Positions 45,012 through 54,658 of a stretch of DNA of 64,000 nucleotides are shown here, one piece after another (the first letter of the stretch is position 1; the number at the start of each line of letters is the position of its first letter). This DNA is from a virus. The position numbers and the translations under genes are program-made. The notes under the pieces were generated by a model. The model had not been told where the DNA came from. It saw only the letters and a list, made by a program, of their open reading frames with translations, and searched no databases. Location: the IMG/VR virus record IMGVR_UViG_3300045996_002337, positions 239,971 to 303,970 of that record; one strand, 5' to 3'.

Positions 45012-45124
45012 TAAGCTCTCCAGGATTTGATAGGTTGATTATAACACAGCTGCACCGCCATGTTACTTTCGTTCATCATTTAGCTCAGATGTAGGAGCGT
45101 CGCATCGCTCCTACATCTCGCGTG

Positions 45125-45514
45125 TTAGGCGATCGGGTTCTTCATGTAGCGGGCCAGGGATTCGGCCGGGTACAGCATGACCTTGCCGTTGATCAGCACG
45201 CCGGCCTTGCTGTTCTTGAGACCAACGAACTTGCACTTCACGAGACCCTTGGAGGTCGGCAGAACAACTTCCTTGTTCAACATCGATTCGTCGAGGCCGT
45301 AGCGGAAACCCTTCAGACGCAGATCACGAAGGTAGATCGGGTCGATTTCATTGGGATTGGCCGTCTTGTCGCCGAAGTTCACGGTGACCTTGAAATCCGT
45401 CGAGCCATAAAGGATCTTCGAAGCGCCAGCAACGAGACCGTTTTCTTCAGCGAATTCCTTCAGAGCGGCGTCAAGCTTGGCGTGGAGAGCGGCGATTTGT
45501 TGCTTGGTGTACAT
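45125..45514 (-). CDS. hypothetical protein
   Basis: 129 aa ORF, directly downstream of the promoter at 45550-45577. Confidence 0.5.
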   Translation of the reverse strand: MYTKQQIAALHAKLDAALKEFAEENGLVAGASKILYGSTDFKVTVNFGDKTANPNEIDPIYLRDLRLKGFRYGLDESMLNKEVVLPTSKGLVKCKFVGLKNSKAGVLINGKVMLYPAESLARYMKNPIA

Positions 45515-45549
45515 TTGAATTCCTTTGCAAGATTGGTTGGTATGATGCT

Positions 45550-45577
45550 ATTATACTCAACCTGCGCTAGATGTACA
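45550..45577 (-). promoter_or_regulatory. promoter of the TGTACA-N16-TATAAT family; about 45-bp block near-identical to 60722-60770
   Basis: Plus ggttggtatgatgctattatactcaacctgcgctagatgtacac. Confidence 0.5.
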
Positions 45578-45593
45578 CAACTAGATGTAGCTG

Positions 45594-45899
45594 TTACAAC
45601 TTAGGCATCTTAAGCTTGCGCTTCGGAAGGTTGCCGCCCTTCAACACCACGTAGATCGTGAGGCACGGAAGGAAGTTGATGCACCAGCGCCGTTCATCCT
45701 TCGAGTAGTGTGCGCCAATCCAGATACCACCGGCTTGGAACAGCGTGCCGATCGTAAGACGATCAACCTTGAGACTTGATATCATGGGCGAGATGCCGTG
45801 CGCCTTCTGGGCACCATGAACGAGAGCTTCCTGCGAGACGTCCCCAAGACGAGGACCTCCTTCAATCACCTTGAGGTTCGTCATCATTCGACCTTGCAA
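45594..45899 (-). CDS. hypothetical protein
   Basis: 101 aa ORF. Confidence 0.4.
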   Translation of the reverse strand: MQGRMMTNLKVIEGGPRLGDVSQEALVHGAQKAHGISPMISSLKVDRLTIGTLFQAGGIWIGAHYSKDERRWCINFLPCLTIYVVLKGGNLPKRKLKMPKL

Positions 45900-46159
45900 C
45901 CGATAGGATGGCCTTCAGCATCAAGATCGATCACGTAGCCGGCACCGTTCGAACGCCCAACGATCTCGACTAACACCTTGCCGTCCATGCAGTGACGGCG
46001 GAAGTTAAGCACATCGCGGTTGGCTGTCTTGCCTTCCACGCCCACGCGCCGGCTTTCCGTAGACACAGAGAATACGATGAGCGCGATGAACGCTACGGCG
46101 AACGCGATGAACCCTATGACGTTGAGAGCTTGCTTGAGGAATTTCATTGTTTGTTCCAA
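45884..46159 (-). CDS. small membrane protein
   Basis: 91 aa with TM helix. Confidence 0.4.
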   Translation of the reverse strand: MEQTMKFLKQALNVIGFIAFAVAFIALIVFSVSTESRRVGVEGKTANRDVLNFRRHCMDGKVLVEIVGRSNGAGYVIDLDAEGHPIGCKVE

Positions 46160-46497
46160 GAACGCAGGAAGTTGGCGCCGACATCAAGGCTGACATAGTT
46201 GAAGCCCTGCATCCCCTGTTCGGAGTAGGCTACGTCAGAGGCATCGTACCCCGCCCGGGTTAGATAGTCGCGAAGCTCGTCCATGAAGCCCTTGTCGGTG
46301 TAGATGAGACCGTGCTGATCCACATCCCACGAGTCCATGGCGAAGTAGACGCGAAGCTCGCCGAACGAGGGTTCCGTTTCGCCGTCTTCCAGTTCTGCGA
46401 CATACGCAACTACAAGACCGGTGCAGGCGACTGCACGTTGTTCGTCCGTCCAGTAACCGACGCCGTTCGTGCTGAGAGATTCGTTCATTGAGCGCAT
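46144..46497 (-). CDS. hypothetical acidic protein
   Basis: 117 aa ORF. Confidence 0.5.
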   Translation of the reverse strand: MRSMNESLSTNGVGYWTDEQRAVACTGLVVAYVAELEDGETEPSFGELRVYFAMDSWDVDQHGLIYTDKGFMDELRDYLTRAGYDASDVAYSEQGMQGFNYVSLDVGANFLRSWNKQ

Positions 46498-46672
46498 TGT
46501 GCGTCCTGCTTTGTCTTCTCGCGGGCAAGCGTTGCTTCAACCTCCTTCTCAACAGCAAACTTATGACCGGCAACGATATGCGAGGTCACACTGTTCACTG
46601 TGATGCCCAGGATAAAAACCGCAAGAACGTAAGCTGTGCTGTTCGGCATGAAGTCTCCAAGAGTTTATAGAT

Positions 46673-46700
46673 GAATTATATCCAACCTGCGCCCAATGTA
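46673..46700 (-). promoter_or_regulatory. promoter of the TGTACA-N16-TATAAT family
   Basis: Plus gaattatatccaacctgcgcccaatgtacac. Confidence 0.45.
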
Positions 46701-46747
46701 CACAACCTGACGGTAAATATGTGTAACGTTCTTCTTAAGGATTTCTA

Positions 46748-47209
46748 GTGGCAAAAAAACGCATCCCAAGCTTGGTGGTTGAACGAGCTGAAGACCAGGG
46801 CAATTACTTCTATTTGAGCGTGCTCGAATATCGGCGCGAGAATTATCTCGTCATCATCGATAACATTACAGAAGATGGCATCGGGGCCTACGTACTTGAT
46901 TACGCGCAGCAAGAAGGTCTTGATCTTCGCCAACTTATGAGCGTCGTGACCGAGTGGTTCTATCGCGGCTCATATCGTTACCCGCTCTCATTTGAGTTTT
47001 CACGTCGTGGCATGGCGCACATGACGAACAGGATTCACAAGAATTTTGAACTTGCGCACGTCACCCGATTGATCGGAAACGACTTTAGGTTTGACCTCAC
47101 AGCCCCACCTAAAGTTCGTCGTCGTCGCGTTTCAATGATCCCGGCTGGAGTTGAGATCAAGCTCAGAAAATCAAGCGAGCGCGTAGAGGTTCTGAAGTTT
47201 CCGAAGTAG
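46748..47209 (+). CDS. hypothetical protein on the minority (plus) strand, GTG start
   Basis: 153 aa ORF with TAAGGA RBS 6 nt upstream of GTG. Convergent 39-nt overlap with the 3' end of the nucleotidyltransferase gene. Confidence 0.4.
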   Translation: MAKKRIPSLVVERAEDQGNYFYLSVLEYRRENYLVIIDNITEDGIGAYVLDYAQQEGLDLRQLMSVVTEWFYRGSYRYPLSFEFSRRGMAHMTNRIHKNFELAHVTRLIGNDFRFDLTAPPKVRRRRVSMIPAGVEIKLRKSSERVEVLKFPK

Positions 47210-48193
47210 CCATTCTTCAGCGGCCGCCTCCAGTTCGGGGGTCCGCTTTTGCAGGGTGGTCTCCTTGAGCTTGCGCTGGACAGTGTCGTCCAGTTCACGT
47301 AGGTGGGCTTCGATCACCGGCATGTCAACAAGGCCCTTCTTCACAGAAAGAAGGTACTCGGCATTGCTGCGCGGGAATGTGATCGCTCCAGTGTCCAATA
47401 GCTCGATGGCCTGCTCATAAACGCGGATGGCGTGGGACATCGACTTGTAATCCACCGCTTTTTCAGCAGCTCCAGTCGTGCGTTCGCCATACCCTGCGAT
47501 AAGCTTCTTCACAGCGGTGTTCAGCGTCTGCAGAGAAGAGGTCTCCAAGTAGCTACGTCCATTCAACTCAAGCGTACGAAGCACCCGGTTGTTGTTCGGC
47601 GTTTCAGAGGTGAGCAGCTCGGCTTCGCGTGCGATCACATCGATCACCTTTTCACCATCGATCAAGTCATCGAGCCGATACTCAGCTTTCTTTTCCTGCA
47701 AGGAAAGCTTAAGCTCTACAGCAGAGATAGCAGCGAGGACCTTGCGAGCTGCATTCAGACGCTCACCGCGTCGAACGTAGTCAAACGTCTGCTTCATCGC
47801 AAACCCGACCATCGAATAGACTTCGGCGTTCGTGAACTTTGCGATCAGTTCCTGAAGAAGCTCTTGCATCTCAGGAGGGGTGCTGGTATTCTTCACCCCG
47901 CCGAAGGCGATTTCAAGTGCGTAAGTTTGCCCTGCCACGAAGTCGCGAACGAACGTTTGAAGTGGGAAGTACTCCGTCTCGACACCATTATCAGGCATCG
48001 ATTTATCGACTGCAACAGGTTCACCGTCAGCGTCAACCCGCGTCTTGAAGATGCGAGGAGCTTTGCCTAGCAGCAAACTGTCGAGTGAGGGGAGGTACAC
48101 GACCTTGTTGTCGGTATCAGAAGTAGGCGTTGAGGTACCGTACAGCTTCGAGCCATATGTCACCTCAAAAAGATTCGTGGTTTGATCTGTCAA
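47171..48193 (-). CDS. predicted nucleotidyltransferase (Pol-beta superfamily)
   Basis: N-terminal YGSKLYGTSTPTSDTDNKVVY fits the hG[GS]x9-13[DE]h[DE] NTase signature. Confidence 0.55.
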   Translation of the reverse strand: MTDQTTNLFEVTYGSKLYGTSTPTSDTDNKVVYLPSLDSLLLGKAPRIFKTRVDADGEPVAVDKSMPDNGVETEYFPLQTFVRDFVAGQTYALEIAFGGVKNTSTPPEMQELLQELIAKFTNAEVYSMVGFAMKQTFDYVRRGERLNAARKVLAAISAVELKLSLQEKKAEYRLDDLIDGEKVIDVIAREAELLTSETPNNNRVLRTLELNGRSYLETSSLQTLNTAVKKLIAGYGERTTGAAEKAVDYKSMSHAIRVYEQAIELLDTGAITFPRSNAEYLLSVKKGLVDMPVIEAHLRELDDTVQRKLKETTLQKRTPELEAAAEEWLLRKLQNLYALA

Positions 48194-48237
48194 CAGAAAC
48201 TCCTAAATTAAGTGCAGCGAAACGTTGCAAGGCTTTT

Positions 48238-48738
48238 TCATTCGACCTCGAGCTCCTCGACGCGGTATGAGTTGTCACGTCTGCGTGAGTAGTCGTAGAC
48301 GTAGTACGGTGCGGAGGCGTAGTGATTACGCTCTTCCACCGGCACGTTCAGCGCGTCGAAGACCTTTGTCGCTGCTTTGCCCAGGTCTTCGAAGTAGACC
48401 TGAAGCTTTGCCTCGTATTCGAAATGTACCGCCTTGTTGTACATCTCAACGCGCTCCTTCTCGTCCCAGTAGGTCTGCGGCCACAGATCTTTCTTCAAAC
48501 CCTTCGGCTGCTTAGGTTGCAGTAACAGGTCTGGCCGTGGGGGTGGGCGGACGGCCACACTAATTGTGCTGAACATGACCGCGAACTTGTCGCGGATTTC
48601 CCAGTAGGCACGATCCGCCTCCTTGAGCATGAGGATGGCGTACTCAGCTTTGGCATGGTCAAGGTAGCCTTTTATCAGCTCCTCACCAGCGTCCTCGTAC
48701 TCTCCCCAGGATTCAATCACAACATAAATTTTGTTCAT
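48238..48738 (-). CDS. hypothetical protein
   Basis: 166 aa ORF. Confidence 0.5.
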   Translation of the reverse strand: MNKIYVVIESWGEYEDAGEELIKGYLDHAKAEYAILMLKEADRAYWEIRDKFAVMFSTISVAVRPPPRPDLLLQPKQPKGLKKDLWPQTYWDEKERVEMYNKAVHFEYEAKLQVYFEDLGKAATKVFDALNVPVEERNHYASAPYYVYDYSRRRDNSYRVEELEVE

Positions 48739-48757
48739 GCTGTGATTATATCACAAA

Positions 48758-49249
48758 TCAACTAACAGCGACTTCTTCGATCACACGATTGAACAGCTCA
48801 TCCATGATGGCGATGAAGCGGGTCTTGATACGCATTTCGTTCTTGATGCCGCGGAAGCCAGCCTCAAAATCAGTGATGGCTGCATCATCACCAAACTCTT
48901 GACGAATCTTCGCAATACCAACGGTGTAGAGCGGGGTCATCGTGGTGCCGGTGTTTGAGCGGGCGCCGTGATAGCCGATCGTATCGAGGAACTGCTGAGT
49001 GGCAATTGACATCATGCGGCCAAGCAGCTCCGGGCTCATGTGCTCCGGGCGATTGTAAAGCGTGGCGTCGTGAATGTACCCTTGAAACTTCGGGTTCTTG
49101 GTCTGCGCCGTGCGAGCACGGGCGCAGTGACCACCCTGCGAAAGGGTTCCATCTTCACGAAGAATGGATGATGCAAAGAATTGCTTTTGCTCAGCAAGAC
49201 CATTGCGTTCGAAATCGGCAGCGGAAACGGGGTTGACTTTAACGGACAT
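48758..49249 (-). CDS. hypothetical protein
   Basis: 163 aa ORF. Confidence 0.5.
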   Translation of the reverse strand: MSVKVNPVSAADFERNGLAEQKQFFASSILREDGTLSQGGHCARARTAQTKNPKFQGYIHDATLYNRPEHMSPELLGRMMSIATQQFLDTIGYHGARSNTGTTMTPLYTVGIAKIRQEFGDDAAITDFEAGFRGIKNEMRIKTRFIAIMDELFNRVIEEVAVS

Positions 49250-49401
49250 AGATTTCTCCAGGATAGCAGGTGGAAGATGCCAGCACTTTGGTATTCCCTA
49301 GGGGAAGTTCCTACTCATGTGGCGGTTTGATATCGGTTACTCTTTGCAACCGATGAAGCTATTATAAGCTCCGGGTATTTATCGTGTTCAGCACGTTTAG
49401 G

Positions 49402-49974
49402 TTACACTCTACCTTGCTCGATCAAGTGTAACTGAAGCCAGACGACGTACGAGTAGGCCAAGGCGTGTGACTTCTTGAAGGAGTAACCGGACTCATCCTT
49501 CGCGTACAGAATCCTTCGTGCAGCTTCGCGGTCCTTCTTGTAGAGGCCGATGAAGTTCTTCTTGCCAGGTCGAATGAGGGCCATGATGTCAGCAACCTCC
49601 ATGATCGACGTTGGCTTCAGATCGCAGAGAAGATCGCCATGCTTGGCCAGCTGAAAAATCTTGTCATGGTTAGACGGAACGAGCAGCAGCTTCCAATCGG
49701 GTTCTTTCTTCAGCAGCTCGTCAATCTCGGCTCTGCTTGTAAAGTGCTTGTACACAGTGAGGTGGAGAAAGTCAACCTTCAGGTAGCCCAGGTCCTCTGC
49801 CTCTTCATATGGGATTGCCGCTAGGCCGGTCACCGGGTCCTTTGCAATTTTTTGTGGATACACTCCACATGGATGTGGAGTCAGCTTGCCGTCTTTCAGC
49901 AAACTGGCCCGCACCCACGTTTTAAAGAGGGTGGTTGGCTTGAAATCGGGGGTGATGTCAATATCGACGTCCAA
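49402..49974 (-). CDS. DnaE-like (Pol III alpha family) polymerase fragment: catalytic DxD and downstream palm/finger motifs
   Basis: MDVDIDITPDF parallels DnaE MPDFDVDF. LGYLKVDFL parallels GLVKFDFLGL. SGYSFKKSHALAYSYVVWLQ parallels GYGFNKSHSAAYALVSYQ. Confidence 0.55.
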   Translation of the reverse strand: MDVDIDITPDFKPTTLFKTWVRASLLKDGKLTPHPCGVYPQKIAKDPVTGLAAIPYEEAEDLGYLKVDFLHLTVYKHFTSRAEIDELLKKEPDWKLLLVPSNHDKIFQLAKHGDLLCDLKPTSIMEVADIMALIRPGKKNFIGLYKKDREAARRILYAKDESGYSFKKSHALAYSYVVWLQLHLIEQGRV

Positions 49975-49975
49975 A

Positions 49976-50218
49976 TTAAATGTCCCTCATGTTGTCAAGC
50001 TTAATCATCATTACGATCTGTGGTACCGCTTCTCGCCATCTTAACATGATCAGTGGGTCATCAGACTCACAAATCAGGATGTCAAAATATCCACGACGGA
50101 CAGCATGGAGGTTCAGTAGCGCAGTATTGAACACACGTGAATAGAAAGCCTTTGAATGCCCATCCATGCCCTCGAAGATCTTTCGAGTCATAGACCCAAT
50201 TCCTTCGTCGCCTTGCAA
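49976..50218 (-). CDS. hypothetical protein
   Basis: 80 aa ORF. Confidence 0.4.
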   Translation of the reverse strand: MQGDEGIGSMTRKIFEGMDGHSKAFYSRVFNTALLNLHAVRRGYFDILICESDDPLIMLRWREAVPQIVMMIKLDNMRDI

Positions 50219-50952
50219 AAATCGGTAAACATGTCGCGTGTCTTTTCAGACTGGTTGATCCGCGAGATCATTGCACCAACCTGAACGGCATCTTCAAGCC
50301 GCAGCGAATCATCAGGAGTTTGGTTCTTAAGCCACTCTCTAAACGCTGTTGATGCTACTAGAAACCACGCAGAGAGCTTTCTTCGTTGCACCAGGTCGAG
50401 CACCTTGTTCACACCAACCGCCGTAAAAACATCACGCAACGGGACCTCATGACTTTGTGAGAGCTCAGTCACCAAATCAATGCTATCAATGAACTGCTTC
50501 GTCGGTGGAACAACCTTGTCATACCCCTGCAGGTACAGGGCGTACACGTTGTCGCGACACCACAATGATGGCTGCACGTTACCATTGTCCACCATTGCCT
50601 TAACGAAAGCCATTGGCGTCGGCATGTTCACGCGAAGAACGTGGTTAGCAAACTTGATGAACGTAGAAAAATACGACGAGGCGCTAAACGTTTCGATTGG
50701 TGGGACTGACCTTCTGTTGAGGCGCATCCACTCGCTGTAATAGGCGTAAGCGGCTTGACCAATTGGGCTTCGTAGCTCGTCAAGCTTCTCACGTTCACGA
50801 CAACGGTGATTCATGAACGTACGCTCACTCACGAAGTCATGATTGCAAAACGTGCAGCCCCACTTCACCTTACGTTGCAGCGGAGCTTCGGCCTCAACGG
50901 TTTGGTTTCTTCTTGCTGCTGCTTGGTTTCTCAGTGCTTCCCGATCCATCAC
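50188..50952 (-). CDS. hypothetical protein with zinc-finger-like CTFCNH...HRC
   Basis: 254 aa ORF. Confidence 0.5.
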   Translation of the reverse strand: MMDREALRNQAAARRNQTVEAEAPLQRKVKWGCTFCNHDFVSERTFMNHRCREREKLDELRSPIGQAAYAYYSEWMRLNRRSVPPIETFSASSYFSTFIKFANHVLRVNMPTPMAFVKAMVDNGNVQPSLWCRDNVYALYLQGYDKVVPPTKQFIDSIDLVTELSQSHEVPLRDVFTAVGVNKVLDLVQRRKLSAWFLVASTAFREWLKNQTPDDSLRLEDAVQVGAMISRINQSEKTRDMFTDFCKATKELGL

Positions 50953-51469
50953 CCACCTCTTTCTTGAGTTTCGTCAGTTCCTCTTTCTCCCACCCAAGTT
51001 CCTCCGCCATCTGCATGATCGTTTCACCATCGATGTTAATCGCATAGAGGGTAGCTTCACGCGTGGACACGTCGTAATACTGCTTGATGGCTTCTAACCG
51101 CAGCTTGGTCGCGCTCTTGGCACCAGGGGCCTTCAGCCATTGATACCTACGACTCTTGCCCGTGGCCGCCGCGGCCAACAGCTTAAACAGCAGTGCCTTC
51201 TCTTGTCCCAGAGAAAACCCATAGGGGTTAACAAACGTATTTAGCCGAATCAGCTGGGCGTGATCAGAAGTTCCAGTCATCCACCTCGCGATTACGAATG
51301 GTGAAGCTGCCTTCTTGTCCTCAGGGCTGAGGCGATCATACCACGTCATGTCCCGCCCGGAGATCTTTTCCAATCCGTCGAATAGATCAAACGCCACGTG
51401 TAATTCTCCAACCTGTAGTCCAAAGATCAACGCGAAAGAACCACTTGCCATCATGCTTTCCGAGACCAA
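50894..51469 (-). CDS. hypothetical protein (possible replication accessory; lies downstream of the clamp loader)
   Basis: 191 aa ORF. Confidence 0.45.
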   Translation of the reverse strand: MVSESMMASGSFALIFGLQVGELHVAFDLFDGLEKISGRDMTWYDRLSPEDKKAASPFVIARWMTGTSDHAQLIRLNTFVNPYGFSLGQEKALLFKLLAAAATGKSRRYQWLKAPGAKSATKLRLEAIKQYYDVSTREATLYAINIDGETIMQMAEELGWEKEELTKLKKEVGDGSGSTEKPSSSKKKPNR

Positions 51470-51511
51470 CCCGTATCATGCGGTTATTTTTATCAAGTGG
51501 TAGCTTTGTAA

Positions 51512-51859
51512 TCATGCGAGCTCAACGATGTACGTAGTTGGTGATGTTTCAGTAATTTTAGCACGAACCTTCCACCCCGCGAAGCTGATGTAAGGACCCT
51601 CGGTTGCAGTGAAGTGAATCTTCAAATCTTCAGTTGCCTCAACAGCGCCATCAATGACGTGCTCCATGAGCGCGCTCTGAATTCCAGCAGGGAGCTGAGT
51701 GAAGAAGCAGGTGCCAATTGGCCATGTATCGGTAATCATAGTTGTTTTTCCTGTAGTTTTAGGCACCGCTGACAGCGACGCCGCGTAAACCAAAAAGAGC
51801 GTCTTCGCTTCTGAAAAGGATTCGACCATGGCGTCCACAAGTGAAAGCCGAGGCGACAC
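51512..51859 (-). CDS. hypothetical protein
   Basis: 115 aa ORF. Confidence 0.45.
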   Translation of the reverse strand: MSPRLSLVDAMVESFSEAKTLFLVYAASLSAVPKTTGKTTMITDTWPIGTCFFTQLPAGIQSALMEHVIDGAVEATEDLKIHFTATEGPYISFAGWKVRAKITETSPTTYIVELA

Positions 51860-51883
51860 CTCCAGTTCATGTCATCGTCTCAA

Positions 51884-52825
51884 TCACAGAAGCGCAGCAA
51901 TCTCAATGAAGAGTGCGGCGATCTGCAGTTCAGGATCTGACACGAATGAGTGTTGATACTGATACTGTGCAATGAGGACGACGGCTTCATCTTGCGCCTT
52001 CAGCTTCTTGCAGCGGTGAAGATTGTCGTAGAGAAAGCGATAGACCTCCAACAGCTCTTCCTTCGTGGCGGTTTCACACACGAGTTTACGGCACGCGCGG
52101 ATGTCTCCAGCTTCAAGTAGGGGTAGGAGCTGGAGCTTCCAGTCGTGTGCGGCCCCACCACCGTCGATCTGCAGTTTGCCACCAATAGAACCGCTCTCAA
52201 GGAGCTGGATGATCTTGCGGAAGTCTGGATAACCGGCGGCGACAACCTTCTCGAGGTCTTCAACTTCAAACGTGATGTCCTCAGCAACAAGGATGTCGGC
52301 AGCCTTGAGCAGCACGTCATCTTTTGACGGAGCCGCGAACACGAACTCTTGAAACCGTGAACGAAGCGCCGGTGTGATCTTGTTGATGTAATTACACGTC
52401 GCGATGTAGCGGCAGGATGTTGAAGTAGATTCAATGAGGTCACGGAGCAGGGCTTGTGCGTCATGACCAAGGTAATCAAACTCCTCTAGGCGGACCACCT
52501 TGAACTTACCAATCGCCATGGTCATGGCGAAGTTCTTCACCTTGTCCCGCATTGCATCAATTTTTTCGTCTGAGCAGTTGACCTTCAGGACATCACTTCG
52601 ATCGACACCGAGGGACCTGATCAACGCCAGTGACATGGAACTTTTGCCAGTCCCTGGGCCCCCCTGCAGAAGCAGGTTTGGAATTTGGCCTTCTGACACA
52701 TAGCTGTCAAATTTCTGACGGTCACGTTCATTAGTAACGATGACATCACTGACCTCTTTAGGCCGATATTTTTCACACCAAAGTTTTTTCACAGTCATGG
52801 TTCCAGATAAAACAAGGCACGACAC
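51884..52825 (-). CDS. clamp-loader ATPase (T4 gp44 / RFC small-subunit family)
   Basis: KYRPK, Walker A GGPGTGKSS, and PDFRK motifs shared with T4 gp44. Confidence 0.8.
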   Translation of the reverse strand: MSCLVLSGTMTVKKLWCEKYRPKEVSDVIVTNERDRQKFDSYVSEGQIPNLLLQGGPGTGKSSMSLALIRSLGVDRSDVLKVNCSDEKIDAMRDKVKNFAMTMAIGKFKVVRLEEFDYLGHDAQALLRDLIESTSTSCRYIATCNYINKITPALRSRFQEFVFAAPSKDDVLLKAADILVAEDITFEVEDLEKVVAAGYPDFRKIIQLLESGSIGGKLQIDGGGAAHDWKLQLLPLLEAGDIRACRKLVCETATKEELLEVYRFLYDNLHRCKKLKAQDEAVVLIAQYQYQHSFVSDPELQIAALFIEIAALL

Positions 52826-52863
52826 CTTCTATGGTGTCATTTTAACATGTAAGACGCGAGGTC

Positions 52864-54078
52864 TTACTTCTTTTCAGGGGTCGTAATTGACGAGGCTCGC
52901 TTGAACCCCGTTGTGGTGCGCGCGTCAACCACAGTGTTCGGATCAGGCTTAATAAGACCTAATGAAGATTTCGTGATCTGCTCCCGAACCGGTGGGGCAT
53001 CAACGCTCACCACGCTTGTTAAGCCAGTCTGTGGCGCTGGCTCTTCGGCCGGCGTAGGAAGGTCAACGTTATCCATTACCTGAACGTCTTCACGTTTTAC
53101 CTCTGGCACTTCCGAGACCTCTAGAAACTCGTCCTCGGGTTCTGGCTGAGGAGGTTCTTCCTTTGATGACTCGACAGGAAAAACCACAGGTGGAAGAGAG
53201 TCCCCTTCTTTCACAGAAGGATAGAGACGTTCGAAAATTGGAGGCTGCGGGTCTTCATTCAGCTTTCGCTGTTGCTCCGCATGAAAGGCTTCTTCCTCTG
53301 GATCTGGAACGTAGTGCTGCGGGCCCAAAGGCTCCTCGACCACGCTGTGCTTCACGGGATCGTAGGCAGCCAGCTTCTCCTGAAGAGGGGTTTCCTTTTG
53401 AGACTTGCGATGGGCCCAGAGGAAGTTGCCAGCGATGATCAGGAAGATGGCCAACGGGTCGAACACGAAGATGATCATGAGGATCACCCACTTCACTGCC
53501 TGCTCTACTGGCACGTCAAAGGCCTTCGCAACGTAGAGAATCGGGCCGGCTTTTGCTTCAGTGCCAATCTGGGTGATCTGCAAAGCGGGCAATTCCCGAT
53601 CAATGGTCGCGAGTTGTTCAGTGACCGCCTTTTGCTCACCTTCAAACTGCTTCATCAGGGTGATTCGCGAACGAGAGTAGTTTGAAGGCAGCTTTGCGAT
53701 CTGATCGTCAATCTGTTTCTTACGTTCAAGCAGTCGTGTTTGCTGTTCCTTCAACACGCTCACCTTCAGCTCACCTTCCTTCGTTCCAAGGATCGCCTTC
53801 TGAAACTCACCGGACAAATATCCGGCGGCGCCCGCAGAAGTAATCGTCATTGTCACCGCCGCGGCTACAAGAGCATACGACTTCATCAGCTTTGAAAGGT
53901 CCTTCCAGTAAGTGTATAGGAGGGACACAACCACGATCTTGCCAACGTCTAGTGCGATAGCGAGTGCGATGATGATTGGATTGGCACCGAAAAGTGCCGA
54001 GATGCCAATGACAGAAACGAGAGAACCGAGCCCTTCGATAAAGAGGGCTGCGGCAAAGGTGAGAATGATGAAGAACAT
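52864..54078 (-). CDS. membrane protein with coiled-coil and Pro/Glu-rich C-terminus
   Basis: 404 aa with several TM helices. Confidence 0.5.
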   Translation of the reverse strand: MFFIILTFAAALFIEGLGSLVSVIGISALFGANPIIIALAIALDVGKIVVVSLLYTYWKDLSKLMKSYALVAAAVTMTITSAGAAGYLSGEFQKAILGTKEGELKVSVLKEQQTRLLERKKQIDDQIAKLPSNYSRSRITLMKQFEGEQKAVTEQLATIDRELPALQITQIGTEAKAGPILYVAKAFDVPVEQAVKWVILMIIFVFDPLAIFLIIAGNFLWAHRKSQKETPLQEKLAAYDPVKHSVVEEPLGPQHYVPDPEEEAFHAEQQRKLNEDPQPPIFERLYPSVKEGDSLPPVVFPVESSKEEPPQPEPEDEFLEVSEVPEVKREDVQVMDNVDLPTPAEEPAPQTGLTSVVSVDAPPVREQITKSSLGLIKPDPNTVVDARTTTGFKRASSITTPEKK

Positions 54079-54096
54079 TAGGGGTCTTTGTAAACT

Positions 54097-54657
54097 TTAG
54101 ACGACGTGGGCGCCGAACTGCAGGGTGACAAAGGAACACTTCTCAATCATTTCAGCAGTCAACACGGTCGTGATACGACGGGGTTTCAATGTTTCTAGAT
54201 CGAAGATCGTACTAACGACTTGATCACCAATTGAGTAGTTTTCCAACACTTCACGGTGCGGCATCTCGAGCCGATACGGAAAAATTGTGACGGTCGAAAA
54301 GCTGTTATATCCCATGTCAAGCACCTCTTTCAGCGCTTGCATATTTGGTTCACCGCGCTCAATTGATTCCAAAACTGAAAGCGAAATTTTCAAGCGCAGG
54401 TTCGCTGTTAATGTTGTCACCTGCTCCTCGAAAGGAATTTCAAAGTCGATTGGGAGAGCCTCAGCCGGAATAAAATTTGGTGGGTTTGAGAATGCCGAAT
54501 CGTCTTCACTCTTGATAATCTTACTTCCACGAACAGTCTCGGCGGGCCCTCGCATCTGCTCACCAATTTGAATTTTTGGGTTGCACAGCTGAAGCCCACG
54601 GATGGATAGATCCATGAGGGCCTTATCCGTGTACTTGATAAGATTGGATTTTGACAT
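54097..54657 (-). CDS. hypothetical protein (start at internal Met MSKSN)
   Basis: Internal start abuts the GroES-like gene stop. Weak N-terminal resemblance to T4 gp45 is not sufficient to call. Confidence 0.35.
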   Translation of the reverse strand: MSKSNLIKYTDKALMDLSIRGLQLCNPKIQIGEQMRGPAETVRGSKIIKSEDDSAFSNPPNFIPAEALPIDFEIPFEEQVTTLTANLRLKISLSVLESIERGEPNMQALKEVLDMGYNSFSTVTIFPYRLEMPHREVLENYSIGDQVVSTIFDLETLKPRRITTVLTAEMIEKCSFVTLQFGAHVV

Positions 54658-54658
54658 T

